Source: Octopus vulgaris
Taxonomy: Eukaryota
Direction of reading: 5' to 3'
DNA length: 64,000 nucleotides
Assembly (NCBI GenBank): GCA_951406725.2
Contig: OX597828.1
Location: 56,234,001-56,298,000 of the forward strand
Shown here in pieces: positions 1 through 13,605 of this stretch (the stretch's first letter is position 1; each line of letters begins with the position of its first letter). The notes beneath the pieces were generated by a model. That model made no database searches. It was not told where the DNA came from and saw nothing but the letters and a program-made list of their open reading frames with translations. Position numbers and translations under genes: made by a program.

Positions 1-6
1 GTTATA

Positions 7-49
<43 letters not shown>

Positions 50-194
50 GTATATATATATGTGTGTGTTTGTGTGTGTGCATGTGTGTGTATGTTTGTA
101 TGTAGGTATACTGCAGGTTTTAGACTTCGGTCCTGTATTGATTTCTATTTTTCTGGTTATATTTATGTATATGTATACATATATATAAGCATAC

Positions 195-700
195 AAAAGC
201 GAGGTGATTGAAATGTGCTTGGCACCAATATGGAATAGAATAGTCTATGCTTGACGAGGAAGCAGAAGCGCCACTGTCGATGCATAGTTTGCAAATGAAG
301 AAACAGCCAAAGAGTTGTCCACACGAACACTCAAACACGACGAGATGATCATACTACCTACTTACCTAGGGAGAAGGAGGGCAAAAATAACGGTCGATGA
401 AATGCAGCCGGACTTCAAGTCAAGTGGATAGCGGCAGCAATCACGTATGACGTTGAAGAAATGATGGCAATCCTTCAAATGAATAAAACGTGTGGCAGAA
501 AATTTGAAGGGGTAAACCATTGAGATTATTGTTTAGGCTTCTTCGGAAATTTTGGGAGGATTGCCCAATATGATTTTCTTAGGGGAGAGGCTAAGTGTGA
601 GAGTGGCGGTCGAGGGACGTAGGTCCCCGCTGTTTTTAAATGCGGCGAGAAGGGCCACGTCCGCTCAGAGTGCAAACAGAAAACGGTAAAAAAATTGGAT
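195..700 (+). pseudogene. Decayed ORF1/gag-like fragment of a non-LTR retrotransposon with CCHC zinc knuckle
   Basis: Broken frame reads FANEETAKELSTRTLKHDEMIILPTYLGRRRAKITV. At about 632-673, C-F-KCGEKGHVRSEC (CX2CX4HX4C, one extra T). Contains stops and frameshifts. Confidence 0.6.
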
Positions 701-1094
701 GAAGCCCCCCCCCCGAAAAAGAAAACGAACCCGAAAAAGGAAAAGGTAAGAAGTGAAAAGAAAAACAATGAATAAAAAAAAAACAGCAGAGGAAACAATG
801 AAACAAGAAGAAAAGACACAAGAATGCGCAGAAGAAGGGATGGATTTATTTACAAGAAGAAAACACCCATGACCCACACTACCGAAAGTAACATAAGGAT
901 GAGGCTAGCTGGACACTGCATGAGACATACTGATGAAAATGCAAACATTTGTTTCATATGAAACCAATGGTAACCTTAATTCACAAAGAAATTACATATC
1001 CACTAATGCGATGGTGATCACTCATTTAATCGTTGAATATTTACACACACAAACACACACACACACACACCCAAACACACACACATACACACAC

Positions 1095-1139
<45 letters not shown>

Positions 1140-2651
1140 CATATTTCTTGTAAATCTTTGCAAAATGTCACCAGAGATATAGTATTTTAACATCCTTGCC
1201 TCAGATTGGATAGGGGTTCTATAGAAACGAAGATGTTTAAAAGCACAAAAGTAATTCCACGCAGGTGCATAGAGTAAGGCAATTATAGAAAGCCATAAAT
1301 TATTAATATTTTATAGATAAAAACCTTCCCATTAATCTTACCCTTTATCGTTTTATATTTTTATAAATGACAAGTATACATGGCATCTAAGCTAAGGATT
1401 GGAAAATTGCTTTCAAATTCAGTGAGTATATTTATTGATAACTACTTGAAGACTAATATTGTTTTTAACTAATTCCTAATTTATCAACGAAAACAGCATC
1501 TTGGGATATTATTTATCAAAATATCTATAGAATAATTTCAATAAAATGTATATAATAAATAATAATATTCAAAATGAAACGCTCTAACATTATTATTTGA
1601 ATTGAAACAATGGAGTTCCACTTTGCTGTTAGATACCATTCTACATCTATTTAAGGAGTATTCAAATAATTAATAGAAGAAAGATGTAGCAATGTTGTTT
1701 TCGAAAGGAAAATATAACATACGTTTTCTTTAAGTAAAAAGATAAAACACAGGCTGATTTCAATTTGTACGGGGAATAAAACAATTGAAGCGATAACATG
1801 TTGCTTACAGCAGAATAAGGTGCAGTGGAAACAATGTTAAGATGTAACTCAATTTTCCCAATCAATGTTATAGTATTTGTGTTAAAACAATAAACAATAT
1901 TCCCTTTTATGAATAAGTAATTCTGGAACCTATTTTTGGAAGCAAATCTACAATTCTTTTAAAGATATGTATTTTGGGCATTGAAAGTTTGTATCAGAAT
2001 GTCAATAAAAACAATTATTTTACGTATTTTGTTTGAAATTAGCAGGAAATGTTCTTTAGGCCAACAATCACACAAAAATTACATAGAAAAATACCTGCTT
2101 AAAAACAATTTCAAAATATGTACATGTTAACTGAAAAGATAACCTTCACGAACATTCCATTTGAAATTATATTTATATATACTACTAATGCTGATAGCGG
2201 CTTTGGTTTCAGTAGTTGGTGAAGCAGAAGACGGCTCGATTGCTGGTAGCGTAGGTAGAGCTTCGGGATAAGATATATATAGTTTCAGTAAAATTTAGAT
2301 TCATATGAATATGGTACTTAAGTTAAAGGCACTAGAATTTGGTATGGTTGTATCCATATAAATCAAATGGGGTGATTATAATCAAAATAAGCAACAAGGA
2401 TATCCAAGGTAGTGTAGTACAATCGTTGCATGCTACTTCACTTTATTAAACACTGTAAGTATTACATCAGTTTTAAAATGTCGAGCAATTTTCAGCCACA
2501 TATAGAACATTTTAATTAAACGGACAGTGCACATTTTTATACCTATTTCATTTGCTAACATTACAAAGAGGGTAGATATAGAGACAGATAGGTTAATTTT
2601 ATCAATAAGAACCTGGTGGTAGTATGTCCTCCATCTGTATATATATATAAA

Positions 2652-3139
2652 TTCGAACACACATAAACAAGGTGTGTGTGTTGTTAGTTCTTCGGACAGT
2701 TGTATTATTTTTAGGTGTAAGAGCATACATTCTCAATGCTCTTCGTGGGAAAACACCTGAAAGCAAGTGATAGGCCAGTGAGTCAGCCCAGTGAGTCAGC
2801 TTACATGAAATGCCCTTTTATTTCGGAGCGACAGATACTGAAGTTTCGCCGTTGTTTTGAATTGTCAATGCCACCTACCTAACAGTCTTTGGTGTAATTG
2901 ATCGAACTGGCTATGAATATATGCTAAATGTTTTACGATCCATCTGCTGGTATGTCCCCACATTTCATGTCACGGAAAATATTCAAATATGAATTAGAAG
3001 CAGTTCTAGGTATACAAACGAAGTCGAACACACATGCAAGATGTGAGTGTGTGTTGTTAGTTCGTCGGTTGGATGTGTATTTTAGGCGTAAGAGTATATA
3101 TTCTTAATGATCTTGGTGTAAAATCACCCGAAAGCAAGT
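2652..3139. repeat. Diverged direct repeat of about 115 bp (2652-2768 and 3024-3139)
   Basis: Both copies share TCGAACACACAT...GTGTGTGTTGTTAGTTC...TTTTAGGYGTAAGAG...CACCYGAAAGCAAGT. Confidence 0.7.
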
Positions 3140-3537
3140 CGTCGCAAACTGAGACAACTCGCATCAAATATTTTCCGAGTGACTGACAAGTCGAAACAAT
3201 GCCGAAACATCGGTGACTATCGATCCGAAAAGAAAGGAATTTGATGTGAGATGTCTCACTTGACTTTGACTTGCTTTCCTTTGTTTTCACACAAGGTGTA
3301 TTGGGAATATATTCTCTGATGTTTAAAAGACGCAGCCATGCGACGAACAAACAAATGTGTGTGTATTTGTGCGTGTGTGTATGATTGCCTGTGTTACCAG
3401 TGTATATGTGCGTAACGGTGTACAGGTAAACAGTTTAATGTCCTCCTGTGTAAATATTCCACATGTTTGACGTTAGCATGCTGTAGAAGATATCTTCGTG
3501 CTTAAACGAATATTAATTAATATATTAATAATATATT

Positions 3538-3607
3538 AGGAGCGTGAGTGGCTGTGTGGTAAGTAGCTTGCTTACCAGCCACATGGTTCCGCGTTCCGAG
3601 TCCCACT
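3538..3607 (+). mobile_element. tRNA-derived SINE family A, 5' head only
   Basis: GAGTGGCTGTGTGGTAAGTAGCTTGCTTACCAGCCACATGGTTCC matches the heads of full copies at 30404-30845 and 55059-55522. Confidence 0.8.
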
Positions 3608-3667
3608 AGAGAGAGAGAGAGAGACAGCGAAGAAAGTGTACGTAGGCCGCTATATATATCTATATAA

Positions 3668-4088
3668 TACAAAATGGGGCAAGAACGCAAAGTATCCGGA
3701 CAACTAGGGGATACAAAAAGGGACAACAAAAAGTCCAGATGATACGAAGAAAACAAGGACGGGTCATTCGAAGTTTTCTATCTTCAGTCAAGAATCAGAT
3801 TATCCTCACAATTTTGGCTGATTATTCCTAAGATTACTCCAATCTGGCCAGCCCCAAGGAAAAACTAAACCAAGAGCATTAAATTCTTAGCTTAGGTTTT
3901 CCTTGGGGCTGGCTAGATTAGAGTAATCTCAAGAATAATCAGCCGAAATTGCGGGGATAATCTGTTTTTTGACTGAAGATAGAGGACTTCGAATGACCCG
4001 TCCTTGTTTTCTTTGTATCATCTGGACTTTTTGTTGTTCCTTTTTGTATCACCTAGCTGTCCGGATGTTTTGCGTTCTTGTCCAATTT

Positions 4089-4092
<4 letters not shown>
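3668..4092. mobile_element. Fold-back element with 208-bp arms in a (TA)n tract, probably PLE terminal-repeat derived
   Basis: 3668-3875 is the reverse complement of 3885-4092, ungapped, about 22 mismatches by hand count, 9-nt loop. TA runs on both flanks. Confidence 0.85.
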
Positions 4093-4168
<76 letters not shown>

Positions 4169-4419
4169 GAAAACAATTAAAAAATTGTGTTAAAATTGAT
4201 AATTGATAATTGATAAACATCAATTATCATTTATTGATTATAAAAAGACAAAATCTCATCTAATAGGCATTGTCAGGTTTAATTACTACAATAATAACAT
4301 TTGTTATCATTGTAAGTAATTAATTATTCCAATTTTAAACAGTGTAACTTCATCAGAGCGGAAAAGTAAAGAAACAGATAAAAAAAAGAAGAGAAAACGC
4401 GTAAGCATATATGTATATG

Positions 4420-4618
4420 TTTGTGTCTCTGTGATTTTCTCTACTACCATTGCTTGACAACCCATGTTGGTGTGTTTACGTCCCCGTAACTTAGCGATTC
4501 GGAAAAAAACCTATAGAATACGTACAAGGATTTAAAGAATAAGTCCTGAGGTCGATTAATTCGTCTAAAGGAGGTGATCCAGCATGGCTGCAGTCAACTG
4601 AGTGAAAAAATAAAAGAG
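4420..4618 (+). mobile_element. SINE family A, 3' half
   Basis: GCTTGACAACC...GGTGTGTTTACGTCCCCGTAACTTAGCG...CCAGCATGGCTGCAGTC shared with other copies. Confidence 0.8.
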
Positions 4619-5214
4619 CAGCTGCAAACTTCTATAAATTAGGAAATTACAGCTGTGTCCTTCTCTTGTGGAGCCTCGCTTCTCACATTTAGAGCTATGA
4701 GTAAAAACTAAATATTTAAAAGGACCAGTACTGACAACAGATTCAGAAGAGTTGAAGCAGATGCTTGCTTAACGAAAATAGAAGGGAATATGCTAACGGG
4801 AAATGACAAGTAGGTATTATTTTTGTTTTTATCAACTATTTTCATTATTTCCTGAGAGAAGAAACATCCGTTCTGAAAGTGAAGAGATTCTACAGATTTT
4901 CTGTTTAGGAGTCCATATGAGACGCCACTTTTCTACATGTATAATTCACTCTTCTTATTGCTTTAGAAATATCTCATATAAGAGAGGTTTTAAGTACGTA
5001 TTTGATATCTATTTATCTGTGTATACACAGATACATACATACATGCATATCTATCTATGTGTATATATATATAGATAGATATATATGCATATTTATGTTC
5101 TTATGTATGTTCGCGTACTTATGTATATGCCCACATATCCAAATGAAATTGAGCCATATGATTTTGATTTTTCCAGTTTCAGCTAATGAGCTGTGGCCAT
5201 GCTGGGGCACCGCC

Positions 5215-5722
5215 ATAATAATATAATTTAAGAACAACCATTGAATTCAGGTTAACAAACTTTATATATCCACGCTTCTACACTTCATTACATATAAATG
5301 TTGCCACGGCTTTCAGATGTCAAAAAACAAAGACACCAGGTAAAAATCATATACACAAAAGCATAAAATACACTGCACCTGCCCAGAAAGCGTATATAAA
5401 AATCGACTAAAAATTATCTAAATAAGATCATTACATTAAGTTAAACGATTAAAACCTTAAGGAGAAAAAATACAAAATAAAATTCTATCCAACTATGAAA
5501 ATTATAAATAAAATGTAAAAGTTAGTATAATCGTAGTCTATGATAATTGCTGGAGCATGATATGAATCCGATCGGAAAAGTAATCAACATCTTCGCAAAT
5601 CATCGTAAAAGGTAATTTAACATCCCGCATCTATGGCCATTTCGAGAGTTCATTGCCGTTGCCTCCATGGATATACAGAGTTTGTCAACCTGAATTCAAT
5701 GTTCGTTCTTACATTATATTAT
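5215..5722. repeat. About 55-bp inverted repeats bounding a 500-bp AT-rich element
   Basis: AAGAACAACCATTGAATTCAGGTTAACAAACTTTATATATCCA (about 5230-5272) versus TGGATATACAGAGTTTGTCAACCTGAATTCAATGTTCGTTCTT (about 5668-5710). Confidence 0.7.
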
Positions 5723-5781
5723 TGATATATATGTTTTTGTGTGTGTGTCTCTGTTTGTATATACACATACACACACACACA

Positions 5782-5824
<43 letters not shown>

Positions 5825-5826
5825 GC

Positions 5827-5868
<42 letters not shown>

Positions 5869-7069
5869 TAATACACATGTATTAGAATTTTCCCTGATTT
5901 TTCAGATTCTTGTATGCTAGGCTACTGGTTTTAAATTAATATTAATTTATCTCCCTTATTATTTAAATATTAAAATAAATATGTTCTCTAATAGGCAGCA
6001 CTAACCGCAGTAAATTATTTACTGCAGTTCTTTGCTTCCGGAATTTTTAGCGCGCCATTTGAAATTATCCCTAATGTAATCGGTAAAACTAAACACGTGT
6101 CCGTTTTGGCACAGAAAGCTGGGGTTAGTTTTGCAAATTAGATTTGTCGGAACGATCGCACTGACGAAACTACGGACATTTGGATTATGTAAATAATTCT
6201 TTTGTTAATAGTTGAAACCGCCGGTATGTGATTAATTCTGTTTTTTTTATATAATTTTCATCTGTCTTGCCCGCCTAATTGTTCTGGTGTTCGCTGAAGG
6301 TTCCTCTAGAGAACATTCTTTTTAGTTTGATCGTTGGTGATCTATTTCTAGCATACGGCCGACTACCTTGCGGTCTTGCCCTTTGAATATACACACACAC
6401 GCACACACACACACACACATATATATATATACATAGAGAGAGAGAGAGACATATATATATATGTACATACATGCATACACATATATATATATATGTGTGT
6501 ATGTGTATGTATGTATGTATGTATGTATGTATGTATGTATGTATGTGTATGTATGTATCTATAAAATACTCATGTATTTTTGAATCCAATTATTCTGTCC
6601 TCCGTCCATTTAGTAGTCGTTCTTATCAGCGTAATGAGTCAGAATCTATTGTTATATCTGAGGGCATTGCAAAAGATTTATATCTTTGTTAACCTAGTTA
6701 TAGAACATACAACGTATGTGCGTTGCGTTTCAAAATATTTACATATACACGAGCCCACACACAAACACATATGGGTCTATATGTGTGCCTATGTCCTTCA
6801 TGTGTCCAGGATAATGACCATTAGTCCAAACATATCTATACCATATTTAATCATCAACACCACTTTTGCTTTCTCTCCTTTTGTCCTGTCCTATAGAAAC
6901 TTAGTTTTCAACTATTGTATTTGTATAAAATATTTTCGTAGCATTTACTTAGTCTGTCTTAATCCTTTCATACTTACACACAGGCAGACATAAATGCACA
7001 CCCGCATATAAATAGAAATGATGAATATATATTCATATGTATATAAAAAGACATATGTACATATACATA

Positions 7070-7270
7070 TACTTGCTTCAGTCATTTTACTGCGGTCATG
7101 CTGCAGCACCACCTCTAGTGGATCAACTCGACCCCAGAACTTATCCTTTCCAAGCCTAGTACTTATTCCATCTGTCTCTTCTGTCGAACTGTTAAGGTAC
7201 AAGAACAGAGCAACATCGATAGTCAAGCGATGCTGGGGGGAGAAACGCAGGCACACTAATACCCACACAG
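7070..7270 (-). mobile_element. SINE family A, 3' half
   Basis: TTCAGTCATTTTACTGCGGTCATGCTGCAGCACCACC...AGTACTTATTC matches the 3' part of other copies. Confidence 0.75.
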
Positions 7271-7449
7271 ACACACACATGCACACACGCACACACACAT
7301 ACACACACACACATTTTATTATTATTAAATCTATCACAACGAAGTGCTACTTAGATCTTCACGTTACCGTTCGTCGGCGAGTGTAGATTTAGTATGTATA
7401 AAATAATTTCTGAATCTAAACAATCCAACAACGGGAACGTGAAACTTTA

Positions 7450-8470
7450 TTAGGTTGTTTCACATGAAATGTATTTGAAAGGTAACAATAGTATATTTCA
7501 TATGAGTTAGAGAACTGATTTATTTAATTTATGCCACATTGGCTTTAATGCTAAGAAATCTTTGAAAGCTAATCCACGTCTGGCTTGGACCTGAAAGTTT
7601 TATCACTTAAAAACGTGGTTAAAGGCTTAAAAGGGATGCTCGGTTGGTGCAAGATCAGAAGACTATGGAGAATATGATAAAGTCTCGTATCCCAAATATG
7701 AGAGTTTCTGCAGCGTCATTCTTGCAACACGTTGCTGTTCATTTTTGTGAAACAGAATTGGCCCACGCTGATTTCTCAATGCAGGTCCCATTTGTTTTTG
7801 TAAGTGAGCATGCATTTCACCAAGTTGATTGCAGTAAACCTCTGCTGTAATAATCTGATTGGCTTCCAGAAAGCTGTAATGGACAACATCAATTTCAAAC
7901 CACCAGACAGTCACCATAATATTTAGCCGATGCAACTTTGGCTTAGGGAAATGTTTGGGGGATTCATCACAACCAAGCCATTAACCTGATAGTATACGGT
8001 TATAGAGGATACGCTTTTCATCACAAGTGACTATTCGATCAAGAAAAGGATCATTGGTGTTTTGGAAAAAGAGCATTGAGCACACTTCAAAACGCCGAAC
8101 TTTTGACTTTCATTGAGCTCAAGTGGTAACCATTTTTCGAGCTCTTTCACTTTGCCAATCTTCTGCAGATTGTGTGAGACCGTTGCAATACCGACGCCAA
8201 ATGCCTGAGACATTTCTCTGACATTTTGACGTGTGTTTTTTGTTAACAATGACTTTCAAATTCATTGCCAAGACTGCTTGACCGTCCACTACCTTCTTCA
8301 TCTTCAAGGCGTTCATCACTACTACGGAATTTCTGAAACCACCTTCGTTCTATGCGATCATTTATGGACCCATCTCCCCATGTTCTGTTGATATTGGCTG
8401 CAGGTTGGGAGGAATTGTGCCCAAGCTCGAACTCATGCAAGAAAAGTAATCGAAAACCATTTTTGTCATG
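7450..8470 (-). mobile_element. Decayed mariner transposon (transposase pseudogene)
   Basis: Frameshifted pieces: HEFELGHNSSQPAANINRTWG...RWFQKFRS...LEDEEGSGR, WLPLEL (WVPHEL-like), IVTCDEKRILY, IMVTVWW. TA + TTAGGTTG TIR end at 7448-7457. Confidence 0.9.
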
Positions 8471-10010
8471 TTCATAATTAAGGGTGCCTATGCTTCAAGA
8501 ATGTTTTCTGTCTGAAATAAGTAGAAAATCATTCAAGAGCATACATCAATTATTAAGTATGCCGAAATTCTCCTAAAATATAATGAAAACACTGTGATAA
8601 AATTGCGTCCCAAAGTACATCGCTTAGAGCGGACATTATTTTCGGAACAAACTAATACGTACGTACATACATACATACATACATACATACATACATACAT
8701 ACATACATACGTATACAGAGAGAGAAAGCCAGACAGAGAGAAAGTGAGAGAGAGGGAATGAGAGAGAGAAGTAGATAGCTAGATAGTTAGAGGAAAACAG
8801 TAAAACTAGAACATAATGCATGGATAAATATGTATTTTAATGAGAGGACTTATACAAATCTTTGATAAATGTAATGAATGAATCATGCCACGCAATAAAT
8901 ATTTTGATAAACAGTTAAGAAGCTTTCGCTCGAGCTACTGCGGTGGCATTTTAGACAAATATTTTCTATAGACTCAGATACTCCCCTACGAACTCAGTTA
9001 GACGGAAACTATAAAATGGTGTTAAGTACAATTATGCGGAATATATAGCCACACTTGTAAATACTATTTAGCCATATATGTATATGCTGTATGAAAATAA
9101 GATGCAGTGTTTGGTTGAAGCGTATTAATAAAAGATAGGCTTCCACAATGCTGCGTTTTGTGCTACACAGCAACGATAGCAAACAATTAAGCATGTCTAA
9201 ACCATAATTCGAAGCTGAAAGACTATTTGGAATCAAATGTATGTTTTGTTTCTTGTTATTTTATATTATTTGTTTTGTGCATATGTTTTATTCTTCTAAT
9301 TTATCTTTCATGAATTCTACGTAACAGTGGCTTTATTTTTGCTCACATCAAAATTCATTCTGTATTAATGATATTTCGTGTGATTTTGTCTTCGGCTTGG
9401 AAGATAGCTGCCGGCTAACTCTATATGCGTGACATTGTTTCTGTCATGACATCGTCTTTGTGTGCTAATACATTCAGGCACGCAATCGTGAATACATTTG
9501 TTTGTACCAACGTTGCATTCATTCGCGCGCGATTGTATTAGTGATATCTCATTGTGAGAAACCAATTGATGATATTTCTTTCTCTTGTCATGTATATTTC
9601 TTCTCCATATCGCTCATTTTTTCATATATATGTTAATCTTACAATTTTTATTTAAATCCAAAACGTAGAAAAATTTAAAAACAATGAGGACGAATTAATA
9701 TATTCAAAGTTTATTTCTACTTATAAATTTTATGCATAATTTTCAATTCGTATAATTAAATTAAAAATGACGGATACAAAATCTCGAGTGAAATTATTTC
9801 ATGTGTAATCAAGTACAGTAAAGAATTCAATGAATGCGAACAAAAATTAAATGAATAAAATGTTATCAAACATTTTCTCAGGATTAACTAATGAATGCGG
9901 TCGGTCAGTCGCCAATAACCACATTGAAATTCGTATGAAAATGTATACTTCATATTACTACTAGAAATAAAATCTATATCAATTATTTTAAAAACAGAAT
10001 AAATATCATT

Positions 10011-10205
10011 TACGGAGATGTACTCGCATAGCAAGAAATTTGATCTGAGATCGTGTGCTGAAACGAAAACAATTGCAGCGTGGAAGGTGTTTATAAGCCA
10101 TTTAAGAAACACACAAAAGCCGTTCGATTCACTTCAACATTTAAGTTTAATTTGTCAAAATATTTTCGTCGATAAAATCCGCGACCTGTTCCCTGACAAA
10201 AATCC
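10011..10205 (-). mobile_element. Single-arm copy of the repeat that forms the fold-back at 59775-60092
   Basis: Shares GGAAGGTG.TTATAAGCCATTTAA, CCGTT.GAT.CACTTCAA and the terminal GGAGATGTA...CATAGCAAG segment with that element. Confidence 0.8.
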
Positions 10206-11494
10206 GTGCTGCATCATTGTTTTACTGAAATATAGTTATATATTCGAACAAGAAAGCATTATTTGAATAAAGTCACAAAATTTGGAATTAATATAATACC
10301 TTTTACCTTTGTACATATTTTTATCCAAAATTTTACACATGCTTCGAAATTTAAGGGCTACACCGAAAATGAGGATGCCAACTGAAACGATATACTAATT
10401 AAATTCTGTGAGTAAGAATATGTGCCATTCCCATAGTGCTATCATACAGTATGTTTGGCTACAGAATGGAGGACTCCTTTGATAACCACAGGTCTAATCC
10501 TATCTAACAAGGGCAAACCACAAATGATTTCAGTGAGAGAAAGAGAAACTGAAAGAGAGAAAGTGGGAGAAAGGGAGTGTGTATGCAATGAAAAGAAGGA
10601 GTAATAACCTGTATATGATTTCTCAACCACGAAGTGATAAGTGGCAAGTTCAAATCTACAGTAGCTGAGCTCATTTTTTTTCTTTCTGTGTGCGAACAAT
10701 TTGACTCACGAAGCATGCGTGATGAGATTTTTAAATATACAGAATCAATTTGTATTTACCCTCTCCTATATCTACGTTCGTTCATATAGTTGAAATACAT
10801 ATTTGACTTTATTAGCTACAAAAAGAAAAGACTAAAACAATCATACATTGGAATTACGAAAATGGAATTACATTAGAATTACGAGAATTGGAATTACGAG
10901 AATGCAATGCTTTTCCAAATACGTATGTTACAAATGTTACAATCAACTAATAGTCACAAATTTGCTTGCGTAGTCAACTAACTAAATATATTGACAACTT
11001 ACAGCGCTGTTTTGAGATCCACTTTACTAATATCCTACAAAGGTACCTTCCATAGGTAATAGTTCGATCGCATTTCCTTTTGTTTTCTCCTGTGACAATT
11101 TTTTATGTTCTTTTTCGTGGATGTGATAGTCAAAATTATTGTTGTGAAGGGGCAAATATTCTCTTGTAATTGTAGTAGTAGAATTTACCAGTGCCGACTT
11201 CTTTGTAATGACACTAAGTTTGGAGTCGGAAGCAGCGGCACATGGTCAAGCACGCTTTTACTCTCTCCAGAACGACTTGAGGCTAAAAATGTAGTATTTG
11301 GGTTTCCTTCCCCACACAACTTGCACCCGACCCTAGTTTCCCAATATGATGTCTGTTTTCAAGTCCTAGTGCTTCCTCGTGCTAACATGTGGTGTTGTGT
11401 ATTCTTCGTTTATAATTTCCGGGGAGTCCTACGCCAGTGTTACTTTAATGACGTGTGCTACTCTCTCACTCAATAATAATAATAAATATGATTT

Positions 11495-12266
11495 CATATT
11501 TTGGCACAAGGCCAGCAATTTCAGAAGAAGAGGTAAATCGATTACATCACATCATGTATTCAACTGGCACATATTTTATCGACTCCAAAAGTATGAAAGA
11601 CAAAGTTCGCCAATTCGGCATTTGAACACGGAACGTAAAGTCTGAGAAAATGCCGCTAAGCATCATATTGCGCGTGCTAAATATTCTGCCAGCTCACCGC
11701 ATTAATAATAATAATAATTAGATTGACCCCAGTATTCAACAAGTACTTATTTCATCGACCCCGAAAGGATGAAAGGCAAATTTGAACTCGGCGGAATTTG
11801 AACTTAGACAGACAGAGGAAATGCCGCTAAGCTAACCGTTCAGCCAGCTCCACGCCTTAATAATAATAATCATTTCTATTAAAGGCATAAGGCCTGGAAT
11901 TGTGTGGGAGGGGACTAGTCGTTTACATCGACTCCAGTGTTTCAATGGTTCGCAATTCATCGACCCCGAAAGGATGAGAGGGAAAGCTCAGACCCTAGCG
12001 AAATTCCGCAAAACATTTCGTCCAGCGTGCTAACGATTCTGCCAGCTCACCACCTTAATAATAATCATGATTGAGAAGAGAAAAAAAGCAAAGTAAAAAA
12101 AAAAAAAATGATACTAATGATAATCCTTTCTACTGTAGACATATGACCTCTAATTTGGTGGGCGTAGACTGGATGATTACATCAACTCTAGTTTTCAACT
12201 GGTACTTATTTTATATACCCCATAAGGATGAAATGTAAAGTGCGCGTCGGCGGATTTTGAACTCGA
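11495..12266 (-). mobile_element. Four head-to-tail copies of tRNA-derived SINE family B separated by (TAA)n
   Basis: Copies at about 11495-11700, 11720-11857, 11873-12056 and 12124-12266 share ATCGACCCCGAAAGGATGAAAGGCAAA...GGCGGAATTTGAAC. The first three retain the head TGCCAGCTCACCGCC. Confidence 0.85.
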
Positions 12267-12812
12267 ATGTTATTCGCCGTGGTAAGGAATCAGGGAATCT
12301 ATCACTCTATAATTTTGAAATTAAGCACAAGTCTAGTAGTTTAAACAGGTTAGACTTTCCGAGGCAAGAAATCAGAACGTAAATAATCGTATCTAATTAC
12401 CTCTGAATAAGTTTTCCGACCTGATTATGATTCTTGATGTCCGAATAATAACTTACGTGAACCAATACTACAGTATGTGAATGACTCGGGAGGACTTAAA
12501 TTCTAAATTAAAGAGAATTAAATTTATTCTTTATTTTTCGATTGTTTCAGTTATTCGGATGTGGGAATGCCGGGGCAACTTCACAACGGGGTAAGTCGAA
12601 AAATCCATTCCAAGAACTTAGACTTTAGAAAAACTCAATCCAAGAACTTAGACTTCCGCCGAACTGCTAAATTGTGGGACAGTAAAAAAGACAAAAAGTA
12701 GCGGTCAACCCGTTGGGCTGTGTAACAAATAACAAATGCAAACACGAAGACGTGCACACCTATGCGTATGTATATGTGGGCGTGCGTGTTTGAGCGTTTC
12801 CGTGCGTGAGTG

Positions 12813-12859
<47 letters not shown>

Positions 12860-12993
12860 CATGAATTATATATCTATGTATGTATATGCATGTATATGTA
12901 TGTATATACATAGTTATATATGTAGATATATATATGTTTACATAGGAATTATATATGTATGTATATATATATTTACATATGTATGCATATATC

Positions 12994-13029
<36 letters not shown>

Positions 13030-13462
13030 TATAGATATGCATATATACATATGTATGTTTGCAAGTATATGTGTGTGTGTGTGTGTGTGTGTTTGTATGT
13101 GTGTGTGTGTTTGTATGTGTCTGGGCGCGCGTGTGTGTGTAATCGCACCGTTGCACATTATCAGAATTTTCCGAATTCTATCCAATATAACAAACTACTC
13201 GTTCTTTGCTTATGGGAATAACTGAGATCAAGATAGACAGACTTCTTTGTACTGATGTCAATTTGTATTAGTTATGACAATGCAGTCAATGCAAAAACTA
13301 ATATTTTGAATTCCACTTCATTCTTACAAATGTACACATACATTCATATATACGTACGTAAACATATACATACATGTATTCATCCATCCATTTATCAATA
13401 CATACATACATACATGCATACATACATACGTGCATACATACATACATACATACATACATACA

Positions 13463-13494
<32 letters not shown>

Positions 13495-13553
13495 CTTTAT
13501 AAAACGTCCTAGAGACTTCACACTCCCATTGTTGTCTCATTGTATTTAACCTA

Positions 13554-13605
<52 letters not shown>

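Noticed and set aside
11105-11476. 123-aa ORF or possible LTR primer-binding site on the minus strand
   Set aside because: No domain recognised, only about 8 nt of tRNA complementarity, and no second LTR.
11495-12266. CRISPR-like repeat/spacer array
   Set aside because: Units are whole diverged SINE copies in eukaryotic DNA, and there are no cas genes.
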